Position numbers and translations under genes: made by a program. Positions 41,532 through 51,563 of a stretch of 64,000 nt of DNA are shown here, piece after piece. Numbering within the stretch: the stretch's first letter is position 1; every line of letters begins with the position of its first letter. The DNA is taken from assembly GCA_964517625.1 (NCBI GenBank), contig CAZFBW010000002.1, positions 25,893 through 89,892 of the forward strand, given 5' to 3'. Under the pieces are notes generated by a model. That model saw only the letters and a program-made list of their open reading frames with translations, did not search any database and was not told where the DNA came from. The stretch comes from an uncultured Candidatus Saccharibacteria bacterium. Lineage in GTDB: Bacteria; Patescibacteriota; Minisyncoccia; Phycocordibacterales; UBA5272.

Positions 41532-42560
41532 ATGCCTGGAATAACCTTTAAACCAAAAGCCATTTCGAAAAAGCTCTTGACAGCGCTTAATCCGCGTACT
41601 AAAGAGATTGTTATTAACCGTTACGGTCTAGAAAATGCTGAAAGAATGACTCTTGAAGCAATCGGTAAGACGTACGACATTACTCGTGAGCGTGTTCGTC
41701 AGATTGAAAATTTTGCCCTTACGACTATTAAGAAGTCAAAGGAGTACAAAGAACACGCCTTCATTTTCGATGAACTTAAATCCATCTTAAAAGATCTTGG
41801 TTCAGTTGTATCTGAAGAGCACCTCATGCAGACCATCTCCAAAGATCCGGTTATTCAAAACCACATCAACCTTTACCTCGCACTCGGGGAAGAATTTACA
41901 AAGCACAAGGAAGATGAGCACTTCAATGCACACTTTAGTATTGATGACAAAGTTTCAGGCCATGTTCGCGACGCTCTCCACAAACTCTACGCATCTATTA
42001 GCGAAGAGGATCTCATTAAAGAAGAAGAAATTTACGAACGCTTTGTCGGACATCTTTCAGACGCTGTTGGCGAATACAAGCAGAATAAATCAATTATTAA
42101 TCTTTACCTTGCGCTTTCAAAAGTTATTGGCAAGAACCAATTGAACGAATGGGGCAGACTTTCTTCTCCACACGTTAAAGCTCGCGGTATCAAGGATTAT
42201 GCATACCTTATTATGCGTCGCAAGGGTGAACCAATGCACTTTAAAGAAGTAGCGCTTGAAATCAATAAGACATTCGGCAAGAAAGCACATGTTGCAACCT
42301 GTCACAATGAACTCATCAAAGATTCACGCTTTGTACTTGTTGGACGCGGTATGTACGGACTTAAGGACTGGGGACACACAGGTGGCGTCGTTCGCGATGT
42401 TATCAAGCAAGTACTCAAGGAAGCAGGACGTCCGCTTTCAAAAGATGAAGTTATTAAGCGCGTACTAGGAAAGCGCATCGTTAAGCCAAACACGGTTTTG
42501 GTTAACCTCCAGAATACGAAGTTTTTCAAGAAAGTTGCTGGTGAATATACAGTCGCATAA
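41532..42560 (+). CDS. sigma70 region-4-like HTH plus C-terminal winged-helix (HARE-HTH-like) protein
   Basis: RYGL...TLEAIG..YDITRERVRQIE; PMHFKEV...TCHNELIKDSRFVLVGRGMYGL; no sigma region 2 seen. Confidence 0.8.
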   Translation: MPGITFKPKAISKKLLTALNPRTKEIVINRYGLENAERMTLEAIGKTYDITRERVRQIENFALTTIKKSKEYKEHAFIFDELKSILKDLGSVVSEEHLMQTISKDPVIQNHINLYLALGEEFTKHKEDEHFNAHFSIDDKVSGHVRDALHKLYASISEEDLIKEEEIYERFVGHLSDAVGEYKQNKSIINLYLALSKVIGKNQLNEWGRLSSPHVKARGIKDYAYLIMRRKGEPMHFKEVALEINKTFGKKAHVATCHNELIKDSRFVLVGRGMYGLKDWGHTGGVVRDVIKQVLKEAGRPLSKDEVIKRVLGKRIVKPNTVLVNLQNTKFFKKVAGEYTVA

Positions 42561-42590
42561 CAAAAAATCGGGGAATACCCCGATTTTTTG
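42561..42590 (+). terminator. intrinsic terminator
   Basis: CAAAAAATCGGGG-AATA-CCCCGATTTTTTG. Confidence 0.75.
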
Positions 42591-42657
42591 TTGGTACACA
42601 GTGTGCATAAGCACGCTTCGCAATTGACTGGTATACTAGAGGACATATATAGAGCAT

Positions 42658-44187
42658 ATGCAATTTTTAATTGATAGTATCCTCATTCTTTCATATGGCG
42701 TAGCCCTCCTTTTTCTACTTGCCTGGTCATGGCGTCTTTGGATGATGTATGTGAATCGACAGTTTATTGATAAATGGGATAAAGACTCACTTCTCTTGGA
42801 AATACGTCTTCCACGAGAAATTTTCAAATCTCCTCTTGCTGCTGAAACAGCTCTTTCATCACTTATTCAGGGGGGGTCTGTGGGTGACTGGTGGGCAAGA
42901 AATTGGTCAGGTAATCTAACTGCGTGGTCATCGCTTGAAATAGCTTCAATTGAGGGTGTGGTGCGTTTCTATATCCGTATTAATAAGAAATTTCGTCCAC
43001 TTGTTGAATCAAGTTTCTATGCTCAGTATCCAGGCATTGAAATTGTTGAAGCCGATGATTATACAAAGATGGTTCGTTATACTCACCTGAATGAAGATAT
43101 CGGACTTTTTGGTTGTTCGTTTTGGCTTGCGAAAAAATGGGGTGTAAAGGATAAGTACGGAGAACCACTTAAGAAGGGTAAGGATCCATATCAAATGCGT
43201 GCAGATTTTTTTCCAATTAAGACGTATGTTGATTATGGTCTCGACAAAGATCCGAAAGAAGAATTTAAAATGGACCCAATTACGCCGATGATTGAATTCA
43301 TGGGATCGATCGGTAAAGGTGAGTACTTTTGGTACCAAGTTCTTGTGCAAGCAGAAGGTCCTTTTGATGGTAAAAAGTTTCCAAAAATGTTCTACAACGA
43401 AGTAACGGGTGAACGACTTTCAATTTCTGACATGGTTAAACAATGGAAGGCGCAAATGAGAATTGGAAAAGTAAAAAAAGCAGGCGAGGTTGCAACTGAT
43501 AAATACGGCAACGAGGAGACAAAATCAACCGGTAAGAAGGATAGCAACGATGCGCCTATTTTAGAGGTGGTACGATATAAAAAAGATCAAATTGACACGC
43601 GAAGCGAGCTTGATTTAACTAAAGATGAACGAGACGAGATTGAATTCGTTAATAAAAAAATGGCTAAGCCACTTGTAAGAACAATTTCTAGACTTCTTTA
43701 CATTGTTGATAATAAGCGAGGGAAATTTAATCCTGGACATATTCAGACTACACTTGCGGCGATGAAGCCATTTTCTGGTGTGAATAGTTTTGCGCTTGAA
43801 ACAACTGACCCATACACCTATCCATGGCAAAAACTTGGAGATAAGCGTGTTCATTGGCGAAAGGAGGAGAAATTTAATGCCTTTGTTGAGCGCTCTGGTT
43901 TTCATCCAATTATTCCAGAAAAAAATGACAGCGAAGGAATGGATTCGCTTGATTGGTGGGAAGATGGATTCTTTTATCCGTACGAGACGAAATACCGTAT
44001 TATGTTCCGCACGCTCTACGAGACTATTTTCCATCCGTTTAGATTATATTCAAACAAGGAGATAAGTGTGCTTAATTTGGAAGAATTAGCAACACTGTGG
44101 CACCTTCCAGGTGCGGTTGCAACAACACCAACACTTCCACGTATTGATAGTACGAAAGGGGTAGCGCCAGTTAATTTGCCTCAATAA
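42658..44187 (+). CDS. conserved membrane-anchored protein resembling the N-terminal non-ATPase region of CPR coupling-protein-like ATPases
   Basis: LLEIRLPRE..KSP.AAE, SLEIAS, YAQYPGIEI.EADDY, PIKTY, VLNLEELATLWHLP, P.NLP; no Walker A. Confidence 0.6.
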   Translation: MQFLIDSILILSYGVALLFLLAWSWRLWMMYVNRQFIDKWDKDSLLLEIRLPREIFKSPLAAETALSSLIQGGSVGDWWARNWSGNLTAWSSLEIASIEGVVRFYIRINKKFRPLVESSFYAQYPGIEIVEADDYTKMVRYTHLNEDIGLFGCSFWLAKKWGVKDKYGEPLKKGKDPYQMRADFFPIKTYVDYGLDKDPKEEFKMDPITPMIEFMGSIGKGEYFWYQVLVQAEGPFDGKKFPKMFYNEVTGERLSISDMVKQWKAQMRIGKVKKAGEVATDKYGNEETKSTGKKDSNDAPILEVVRYKKDQIDTRSELDLTKDERDEIEFVNKKMAKPLVRTISRLLYIVDNKRGKFNPGHIQTTLAAMKPFSGVNSFALETTDPYTYPWQKLGDKRVHWRKEEKFNAFVERSGFHPIIPEKNDSEGMDSLDWWEDGFFYPYETKYRIMFRTLYETIFHPFRLYSNKEISVLNLEELATLWHLPGAVATTPTLPRIDSTKGVAPVNLPQ

Positions 44188-44197
44188 ATTTGCATCT

Positions 44198-45106
44198 ATG
44201 GAATGGCAACATAATCGGAAATGGATAGAGTATGCAGGTGTTGGAGTGATAGCAATTTTTTTTGCATATACGCTTTCTTTAGCACGATTTGTTCCAAGCG
44301 GTTTTCCTGTGGGAACAACATTTGTGATTAATGAAAATGAATCATTGCGCGCAATTAGTAAGCGTCTTGAGAACGAACACATCATTACCTCGGCACTTCT
44401 TTTCCGCGTATGGGTTTCTCTTAATAACAGCGACAGACGTGTTCAACTTGGTGTCTACGAGTTTAACCAACCACTTGTGCTTAAAGAAGTTGTTAACCGG
44501 TTGGTGGCGCTTGGTCCAGACCAACCACTCATTAGGATGACTATTCCAGAAGGATACACAACAGAAGAAGTGATACAAACAATCACTTCCGTACTTCCCA
44601 ATCTTTCAGCTTCTATGTTACGTGAAAGCATTAAGCGCCAAGAAGCACAAGGTAAACTTTTCCCCTCCACATATTTTTTATTACCGTCTCTAACGGAGGA
44701 ACGTATCGTTAGTATGATGGTAGAAACATTTGAAGATATGTATCAAAAGAATTTCGCCAAAGAGGAAAAACCAGGTGTGCTGTTAGGCGAACAAGAAATT
44801 ATTTCACTTGCTGCGATTATTGAGGGTGAAGCAAAGACAGTCGAGGATATGAATATTGTTTCTGGCATCTTACAGAGGCGCCTTGTCATCAACATGCCTC
44901 TTCAGGTTGATGTTGCCAAGGAAACCTATAAAACTCGTGGCGTGCCAAAAGTACCAATTAACAATCCTGGTGAAAATGCATTACGTGCCGTATTTTATCC
45001 AAAGGAAACGCCATATTTGTACTACATTACAGGCAATGATGGTACAATGTATTACGCTAAAACCTTTGAAGAGCACAAACAAAACATTAGAAAGTATTTA
45101 CGATAG
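44198..45106 (+). CDS. mltG: endolytic transglycosylase MltG
   Basis: TIPEGYT, GKLFPSTY, AAIIEGE, MPLQVD, PINNPG, YLYY. Confidence 0.9.
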   Translation: MEWQHNRKWIEYAGVGVIAIFFAYTLSLARFVPSGFPVGTTFVINENESLRAISKRLENEHIITSALLFRVWVSLNNSDRRVQLGVYEFNQPLVLKEVVNRLVALGPDQPLIRMTIPEGYTTEEVIQTITSVLPNLSASMLRESIKRQEAQGKLFPSTYFLLPSLTEERIVSMMVETFEDMYQKNFAKEEKPGVLLGEQEIISLAAIIEGEAKTVEDMNIVSGILQRRLVINMPLQVDVAKETYKTRGVPKVPINNPGENALRAVFYPKETPYLYYITGNDGTMYYAKTFEEHKQNIRKYLR

Positions 45107-45115
45107 ACTTCCAGC

Positions 45116-45670
45116 ATGAAAATTCACAATCTCGCATTCGTTGACACAGAAACAACCGGAACTGATCCAAGCAAGCATGAAATTATTGAACTTGCGGTTA
45201 TTATCGCGCGCCAGGTTCCACGTGAAGGGAAGGGTCCAAAAATTGAAATTCTTGAAGAATGCGAATGGAAGATAAAACCAGAACACATTGAGAACGCTGA
45301 AGAAGAAGCACTTCGTGTTAATGGATACAATGAAGTTGATTGGATGTTTGCGGTGGACCGTAAAAAAGCAATGCAGGAGTTTGCAAAAAAAACTGAAAGT
45401 TGTACTTTTGTTTCGCACAACCTTACCTTTGACCATGCATTTATTCAAAAAGCGTTTGAAGAAACTGAAGTGGAAAGCAGAATGCACTATGCAAAGCTAG
45501 ATACGATTTCAATTGCCTTTGCTCGTCTCTATGACGCACCGCTTGCGGATAAGTTTTCTCTTCGTGCACTCTGTACCCTTCTTAAAGTGGAGAATCCAAA
45601 AGCGCACACTGCGCTCGCTGATACACGCGCACTTGTTGAAGTCTATAAAAAGATGATGGGGGCGTATTAA
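45116..45670 (+). CDS. DEDDh 3'-5' exonuclease (DnaQ-like)
   Basis: VDTETTG, HNLTFD, LDT, AHTALAD. Confidence 0.9.
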   Translation: MKIHNLAFVDTETTGTDPSKHEIIELAVIIARQVPREGKGPKIEILEECEWKIKPEHIENAEEEALRVNGYNEVDWMFAVDRKKAMQEFAKKTESCTFVSHNLTFDHAFIQKAFEETEVESRMHYAKLDTISIAFARLYDAPLADKFSLRALCTLLKVENPKAHTALADTRALVEVYKKMMGAY

Positions 45671-45710
45671 ACGGGTTGGTGATTTTTCTTTCGCGTGGTA
45701 GATTCTTTTT

Positions 45711-46757
45711 ATGAAGAAGAAAGTATTTGTTGGTATGTCAGGCGGAGTGGACTCATCGCTTTCGGCTGCCCTTCTTAAAGAGCTTGGGTATGATGTGACG
45801 GGAGTGTTTATTAAAGTGTGGCAACCCGATTTTATTGAATGCACCTGGAAAGAAGACAGGTTAGATGCAATGCGGGTTGCTTCGGCGCTCAATATTCCTT
45901 TCGTGACACTTGATTTGGAAAAAGAATATAAGCAAGGTGTTATTGATTATATGCTTTCTGAATACAAAGTAGGACGCACACCAAACCCTGACGTAATGTG
46001 TAACCGCGAAGTAAAATTTGGCGCATTTTGGAAGTGGGCAAAAAAAGAAGGCGCTGATTTTATTGCAACAGGACACTATGCACAAACTGATCACAAGCAC
46101 CTCCTTGCAAGTAACGACCACGACAAAGACCAGACGTATTTTCTGTGGACACTTACCGATGATGATTTGGAACACGTTTTATTTCCAATTGGCCACATGG
46201 TCAAAGACGATGTACGCAAAGAGGCAGAACTACGAGGATTGTATACGAGCGGTAAAAAGGATAGCCAAGGTTTATGTTTTGTGGGTACCGTTGATATGAA
46301 AACGCTCCTCAAAGAATATATTCCTAAACAACAAGGTGATGTGAAGAATGAACAAGGAGAAATAATCGGTGAACATGAAGGAACAATGTTTTACACTATC
46401 GGCGAGCGCCACGGATTTACTATTACCAAAAAAGGAACAGATGATGCGCCGTACTACATCATTCGAAAAGACAACAAAGAAAATGTGCTGGTTGTTTCTC
46501 ATGAGAAGCCAGAAAAGAAATTGCATAAAGAAATAAAACTCGAACATGTTAGTTGGGTACACGGTGAGCCACGTGAAGGATTTACCTATGAGGCGCGTGC
46601 GCGATATCGGGCCCCACTTGCAAAGGTTACTATTGCCAAGAAAAACGATGCTTGGTATGCAAGCGCACTTGAAGGGGAATTGGTTCCAACGCCCGGGCAA
46701 TCGCTTGTTGTGTACGATAAAGAGAAGTGCTTAGGGGGCGGAATTATTGTATACTAG
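45711..46757 (+). CDS. mnmA: tRNA 2-thiouridylase MnmA
   Basis: MSGGVDSS, GRTPNPDVMCN, IATGHY, KDQTYFL, DSQGLCF, TPGQ. Confidence 0.97.
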   Translation: MKKKVFVGMSGGVDSSLSAALLKELGYDVTGVFIKVWQPDFIECTWKEDRLDAMRVASALNIPFVTLDLEKEYKQGVIDYMLSEYKVGRTPNPDVMCNREVKFGAFWKWAKKEGADFIATGHYAQTDHKHLLASNDHDKDQTYFLWTLTDDDLEHVLFPIGHMVKDDVRKEAELRGLYTSGKKDSQGLCFVGTVDMKTLLKEYIPKQQGDVKNEQGEIIGEHEGTMFYTIGERHGFTITKKGTDDAPYYIIRKDNKENVLVVSHEKPEKKLHKEIKLEHVSWVHGEPREGFTYEARARYRAPLAKVTIAKKNDAWYASALEGELVPTPGQSLVVYDKEKCLGGGIIVY

Positions 46758-46777
46758 GAAAACTTTTTAATGTGCAT

Positions 46778-47671
46778 ATGGAAACAAACAATACTTTTGA
46801 AATTCTTCTGTTTTATAAATATGTTGGTATACAAGACCCACAGGCGCTCATGGAGCGTGAAAAGGCTGTTTGTAGCGTGCTTGGGCTTAAGGGGCGCATT
46901 ATTATCGCTCAGGAAGGTATTAACGGCACTCTTGAAGGAACGCCGGAGATGACGGCAAGGTACAAAGCGCACATTCTCTCTGATAAGCGTTTTAAGAACA
47001 TGGATATAAAGACAAGTGAAGGGAACGGCCTGGCCTTTCCTCGTCTTGCGGTAAAGGTAAAACCAGAAATTGTTTCAACGAAACTTCCAGAGCACATTGA
47101 TCCAACTAAAGAAACCGCAGTACACTTACCAGCACACGAACTTAAGAAGTGGTACGACGAAGGAAAAGATTTTGTGGTAATTGATATGCGCAATGATTAC
47201 GAAATTAAGAGTGGGTATTTTGATAAGACAGTGAACCCAGGACTGTATGCATCACGCGATTTGCCAAAAGCAATTGATAAGCTTCGCGTGCACAAAGATA
47301 CAACAGTGGTTACGGTTTGTACGGGAGGGGTTCGTTGTGAAAAAATGTCAGCGTATTTACTTGATCAAGGATTCAAAGATGTGTACCAACTGCACAACGG
47401 TATGCATACGTTTATGGAAAAATATCCAGGACAACATTTTAATGGAGCGTTATTTACGTTTGATAATCGCATCACCATGCACTGGGGAGGGGAAAGAAAC
47501 ATTGTTGGAAAATGCGCAGTTTGCGATACAACAACAGAAACGTATAGAAATTGCCAGAATCCGGTATGTAATGGAAAAATGCTCGTGTGTGACGGGTGTG
47601 CAGAGAATCGTAAAGAAGAAATGTTTTGCAAAGACAAAACAACGTGCGGAAAATCAGTTCAGGTAGTTTAG
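46778..47671 (+). CDS. trhO: rhodanese-related tRNA U34 hydroxylase (TrhO/YceA family)
   Basis: LFYKY, KGRIIIAQEGINGT, DMRNDYE..G.F, CTGGVRCEK, FDNR; start at ATG 46778. Confidence 0.88.
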   Translation: METNNTFEILLFYKYVGIQDPQALMEREKAVCSVLGLKGRIIIAQEGINGTLEGTPEMTARYKAHILSDKRFKNMDIKTSEGNGLAFPRLAVKVKPEIVSTKLPEHIDPTKETAVHLPAHELKKWYDEGKDFVVIDMRNDYEIKSGYFDKTVNPGLYASRDLPKAIDKLRVHKDTTVVTVCTGGVRCEKMSAYLLDQGFKDVYQLHNGMHTFMEKYPGQHFNGALFTFDNRITMHWGGERNIVGKCAVCDTTTETYRNCQNPVCNGKMLVCDGCAENRKEEMFCKDKTTCGKSVQVV

Positions 47672-47678
47672 GAGGGTT

Positions 47679-48365
47679 TTAGTGTTGATGACCGTGGTCA
47701 CTTCCGTGTGCGTGCTTGTGCTTTAGGTGGTAGCGGATTTCAAGTGCAATAATCCACAATACAATCGCGGCTAGGGACGAAATACTTGCGATTTCAAGAG
47801 CATGGAATTCTTCGTGTGTGATTTGTTTGCCAAGCATATACATGAGTATCGCAGCAACAGGGGAACCACCTTGCGCAAGTGCGCCATAAAGAATAGTTTT
47901 TCGTACTGAAAGTCCGAGACTACGGAAAATAGCTAGTGTTCCAAGAATTTTTGGAAGTTCATGAATGACAATGCCTACGGTTGCGGCGTATCCCAAAAGC
48001 GGACTTACCAAATACGTTGCACCGATTACCGCACCATCAATGAGTGAATGAAACGCTTCACTGATGAGTATTCCTTTCGCACCCGCCTCTTCTTTTTTAT
48101 GTGTGTGTGAATGGCTCCATTTTGCCAAGATAAATACGGTGATAAGCGCAGTAACAATACCAAGAACAACTTCGCTTATACCTAATTCTTCACCATGCTC
48201 TTTGAGCGTATCAATAACCGCGTATGAAAGCAGAAAAAGCCCAAGGATCATGAAGAAGATTTTCCATCGTCCGGTAAAGAGATTACGCCTGAGCAAAAGT
48301 GCAAGGATGGCAAGTAAAGGAAGTGCAGAAGCACTTACAATCATGAGAAAAAATGAAGCTGTCAT
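47679..48365 (-). CDS. ZIP family divalent metal transporter
   Basis: EAFHSLIDG, HELPK, His-rich loop HSHTH and tail HKHAHGSDHGHQH. Confidence 0.88.
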   Translation of the reverse strand: MTASFFLMIVSASALPLLAILALLLRRNLFTGRWKIFFMILGLFLLSYAVIDTLKEHGEELGISEVVLGIVTALITVFILAKWSHSHTHKKEEAGAKGILISEAFHSLIDGAVIGATYLVSPLLGYAATVGIVIHELPKILGTLAIFRSLGLSVRKTILYGALAQGGSPVAAILMYMLGKQITHEEFHALEIASISSLAAIVLWIIALEIRYHLKHKHAHGSDHGHQH

Positions 48366-48372
48366 ATATAGT

Positions 48373-48415
48373 ACTCTAGCGCAGTATGTTCATATTTGCA
48401 AGTCATTTGCATATA
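48373..48415. promoter_or_regulatory. Fur-family 7-1-7 operator overlapping the ZIP promoter
   Basis: TGCAAGT-C-ATTTGCA at 48397-48411; minus-strand TTGCAA-17-TAGAGT ending 7 nt before the ZIP ATG. Confidence 0.7.
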
Positions 48416-48443
48416 GTTTTTGGTATGATAGTATGAAATACAT

Positions 48444-48872
48444 ATGGCGACATACAGCAAACAGGATATTCTGGCAATGATTAAAGAAAAAGGACTTCGC
48501 GTGACCGGACACCGTGTTGCGCTACTTTCTCTCCTTGCTCGTGTAAAACAACCCGTGACTGTGTATGAACTTGTTGATGTGCTTCGTAAAAAAGAAAATA
48601 TTGATCAAGCAACCGTGTATCGTAATTTGACCTCACTTCACGAAGCAGGACTTCTTCGTCGGCTTGATTTTAATCACGGTCATGCCCACTATGAATTGGA
48701 GACGGGTAAGGCATCGCACCAACTTGTGTGTAATTCATGCGAGACAGTAGAAAAAATAGAAGGTATTTCTGTTGATGATGCGGTGAAGAAGATGCTTAAG
48801 AAAAGTAGAAAATTTAAAAATGCGACAACGCATTCAATTGAAATTTACGGAGTATGCAAATCTTGCGCTTAA
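48444..48872 (+). CDS. Fur family transcriptional regulator (probably Zur-like)
   Basis: GLRVT..R, ATVYRNL, H.LVCNSC, EIYGVCKSC. Confidence 0.92.
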   Translation: MATYSKQDILAMIKEKGLRVTGHRVALLSLLARVKQPVTVYELVDVLRKKENIDQATVYRNLTSLHEAGLLRRLDFNHGHAHYELETGKASHQLVCNSCETVEKIEGISVDDAVKKMLKKSRKFKNATTHSIEIYGVCKSCA

Positions 48873-49972
48873 GTCTCATTAGTTTGATTGTCGCAGGCAC
48901 AGCGGTACTTGCCTATGCATCCCCAACACAACTCCTTGAGGAACAGGAGGTAACGTATCTTGTTGAAGTAACAAAAATTTTTAAACAGGAGACAAAAGAA
49001 ATTCCAAATACAAATACAAGTGCGGTGTATCAAACACTCGAGGTTAAAGTTATTAAAGGGGAACTTGCAGGGAAGACATTTACTATTACGGAAGGGGGTT
49101 TTAATGCGCGCTTAGGCGATGTGTTTTATCTTCGTTATGTAAAAACTGCCGACGGTCAGGAGTATACGTCGCTTCAGGAGCCGTATCGCTTCACGTCTCT
49201 TTTGTGGTTATTTGCTATTTTTGTTATTGCCGTGCTTGTGCTTGGTGGTAAGCATGGATTTTTGTCGCTCCTTGCGCTTGTTATTTCATTTGGCGCAGTT
49301 TTTAATATTCTTTTTCCTAAACTTTTATCAGGGGAAAATGTTGTTTTTGTTTCTGTTGCAATCGCACTTCTTTCTCTTTTTGTTGTTATGTATGTGACGC
49401 ATGGATTTACACGATTAACGACATCAGCCTTTTTGGGTTCGGCAGGCGCTGTGCTTGTGACGGTCTTTCTTGCAAAGTATGCGGTTGCTATGACATCGCT
49501 TACTGGATATGCTGATGAAGAAAGTGTGTTTCTTAATCTTGCAACTGGTGGCCGACTTGATTTCGTGGCGCTTTTAATTGGAGGGATTATTATCGGTGTG
49601 ATTGGTGTTGTGGATGATGTGACGGTAACGCAAGCTTCTGTTGTAAACGAACTTCGCTTAGCAAACACGAATCTTTCCAGAATTGATTTGTATAAAAAAG
49701 CCATCAAAGTTGGCAAAGACCATATTGGTGCAGTGGTAAATACGCTTATCTTGGCCTACACCGGTGCTTCGCTTCCGCTTGTGTTATTACTCTATACGTC
49801 TACAACGCCGGCAATTGAACTTATCAATCGTGAAGCGATTGCAACTGAAATTGTACGAAGTATTGTTGGGTCACTCGGTTTACTCATTGCAATGCCACTT
49901 ACCACGTTGATTGCGGTGTGGCTCATGTATAAAAACCCAAGCACTGATACACACGTGCACCATCACCACTAG
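48854..49972 (+). CDS. YibE/F family membrane protein
   Basis: IGVVDDVTVTQAS, VGKDHIGAVVNTLILAYTGASLP, EIVRSIVGSLGL; C-terminal HVHHHH. Confidence 0.9.
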   Translation: MQILRLSLISLIVAGTAVLAYASPTQLLEEQEVTYLVEVTKIFKQETKEIPNTNTSAVYQTLEVKVIKGELAGKTFTITEGGFNARLGDVFYLRYVKTADGQEYTSLQEPYRFTSLLWLFAIFVIAVLVLGGKHGFLSLLALVISFGAVFNILFPKLLSGENVVFVSVAIALLSLFVVMYVTHGFTRLTTSAFLGSAGAVLVTVFLAKYAVAMTSLTGYADEESVFLNLATGGRLDFVALLIGGIIIGVIGVVDDVTVTQASVVNELRLANTNLSRIDLYKKAIKVGKDHIGAVVNTLILAYTGASLPLVLLLYTSTTPAIELINREAIATEIVRSIVGSLGLLIAMPLTTLIAVWLMYKNPSTDTHVHHHH

Positions 49973-50021
49973 AAACATTTTTATCTGAAAACAAAAGCGA
50001 ATAAAAAATAAAGAAAAGAAA

Positions 50022-50049
50022 AAAAGCCGTTGCTTGCGCAACGGCTTTT
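50022..50049. terminator. bidirectional terminator
   Basis: AAAAGCCGTTGC-TTGC-GCAACGGCTTTT between convergent genes. Confidence 0.7.
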
Positions 50050-50064
50050 CGAATCATTCAGCTT

Positions 50065-50649
50065 TTAGGCATGAGCCGGATTCTTGCGTCCGACGTTGAG
50101 CCAGACGGCAACCGTGACCCAGTTCAGAAACAGGGCCATAATCGGTGTTATTGCATTGAACCTGAAGACAAACACTTGGTACATCTTGAGGGGGTCAAGC
50201 ATCGCGCCGGTGTTTAGTTCTTGTGCGACACGGAACAAGGCATAACCTTCGGTGAGAAGTGTCCAAGTGGTCGCAAGCGCCATGACGACATGTACAAACC
50301 AGAGTGTCCACCTGTTGTTCTGCTCACCGTACTTTTTCTTTGTGTGAGCAATCGTGTACAGGAACAGCATGATGATGGAAAGTACACTTCCAAATACAAT
50401 GAAGAGAATCACGACGAACCACATGATGGCGTCAAGTGGCGTCTCCATCTTTGGTGTACCAATGAGGCACAGACCATAGAGAATGATGTACACGAAGACC
50501 ATGGACAGCGCCAGAAATATGGCAATGCTAAGTCCATGTTGGTGACTTTCAGGGTTGTTCCTCAGGTCGCGAACGCCCAAGTAGGGGATGGTTACGAAGA
50601 GGAATATTGCTGATGTAACGAACATCGCAGTAGTTAACCAAGCATTCAT
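50065..50649 (-). CDS. hypothetical multi-pass membrane protein
   Basis: About five hydrophobic segments; start at ATG 50649 after AAGGA. Confidence 0.65.
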   Translation of the reverse strand: MNAWLTTAMFVTSAIFLFVTIPYLGVRDLRNNPESHQHGLSIAIFLALSMVFVYIILYGLCLIGTPKMETPLDAIMWFVVILFIVFGSVLSIIMLFLYTIAHTKKKYGEQNNRWTLWFVHVVMALATTWTLLTEGYALFRVAQELNTGAMLDPLKMYQVFVFRFNAITPIMALFLNWVTVAVWLNVGRKNPAHA

Positions 50650-50709
50650 AGGTTTTCCTTTCGGTGTTTTGGGTTTTGTTGAAAAAAGGACGAAAATTAG
50701 CCGAGTTCT

Positions 50710-50738
50710 ATTATACACTATTTTATATGTTTTGTCAA
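50710..50738 (-). promoter_or_regulatory. consensus sigma70 promoter
   Basis: TTGACA-17 nt-TATAAT on the minus strand. Confidence 0.8.
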
Positions 50739-50794
50739 TGTGTGAAAGGTAACAAAAAAACAGGCATTTCTGCCTATTTTTTACTGTTCAGCAC

Positions 50795-51529
50795 TTATCG
50801 ATTAAGGGCTTCTTCGATCGCGGCCATAAACACCGGTGCTGGTTGTGCGCCGTCAATTGCTGCGACAATCTCGTATCCTTTTCGTGTCTTTGACAATATA
50901 AAGGTTGCAGGAGTTCCTTGAACACCAGCGGTTGCACCATCTTGTTGGTGTGCGTTTACTGTTGCCGCTGTTTCCATGGATGACATGCAGGCACTAAATG
51001 CTTTCGCGTCAAGGTTTGTTTTTTGTGCTATCATTGCTGTTCCATTTGCGGGAAGTTGGGTGGTTTTATTGTCATTCTTGTAATCAAAAAGATTGTTTAA
51101 GTATGCATAGTATGCGGTATCACCTCCAACTTTACCGGCACAAGAAATCGCACGTCCCTCATCAAAAGCGTGCGGGTGAATTTGGGTAAGAGGGAAGTGA
51201 CGGTAAACGAAAGCAATTTTGTCTTTGTATGTCGCTTGAATTTGTTTGATTGTTGGATGTAGGGAGACGCAGTATGGGCACTCTGTGTCAGAGTACTCAA
51301 TAACGACAACATCGCTATTTTTTTTACCATAGACATAGTCATTTTCAGAAATCATATTTCCGGCAAACATTTGCACAGGCGCACCCGTTGAACCCTTGGT
51401 GATTAACCCATACCCCATAAGTCCTCCGGAAATAATGATTGAAGCAACCACGATCGCAACAGGGGTTGTGAGCTTAATGTGTCTAATAGAATGAATAATT
51501 TTTGTTAGTGCGTGTTTGATGGTGTGCAT
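50795..51529 (-). CDS. DsbA family thiol-disulfide oxidoreductase
   Basis: EYSDTECPYC, YRHFPL, GVQGTP, GAQP; start moved to ATG 51529. Confidence 0.9.
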   Translation of the reverse strand: MHTIKHALTKIIHSIRHIKLTTPVAIVVASIIISGGLMGYGLITKGSTGAPVQMFAGNMISENDYVYGKKNSDVVVIEYSDTECPYCVSLHPTIKQIQATYKDKIAFVYRHFPLTQIHPHAFDEGRAISCAGKVGGDTAYYAYLNNLFDYKNDNKTTQLPANGTAMIAQKTNLDAKAFSACMSSMETAATVNAHQQDGATAGVQGTPATFILSKTRKGYEIVAAIDGAQPAPVFMAAIEEALNR

Positions 51530-51563
51530 GGTGGTGTATACTGAAGTATCACGAAAGTATATC

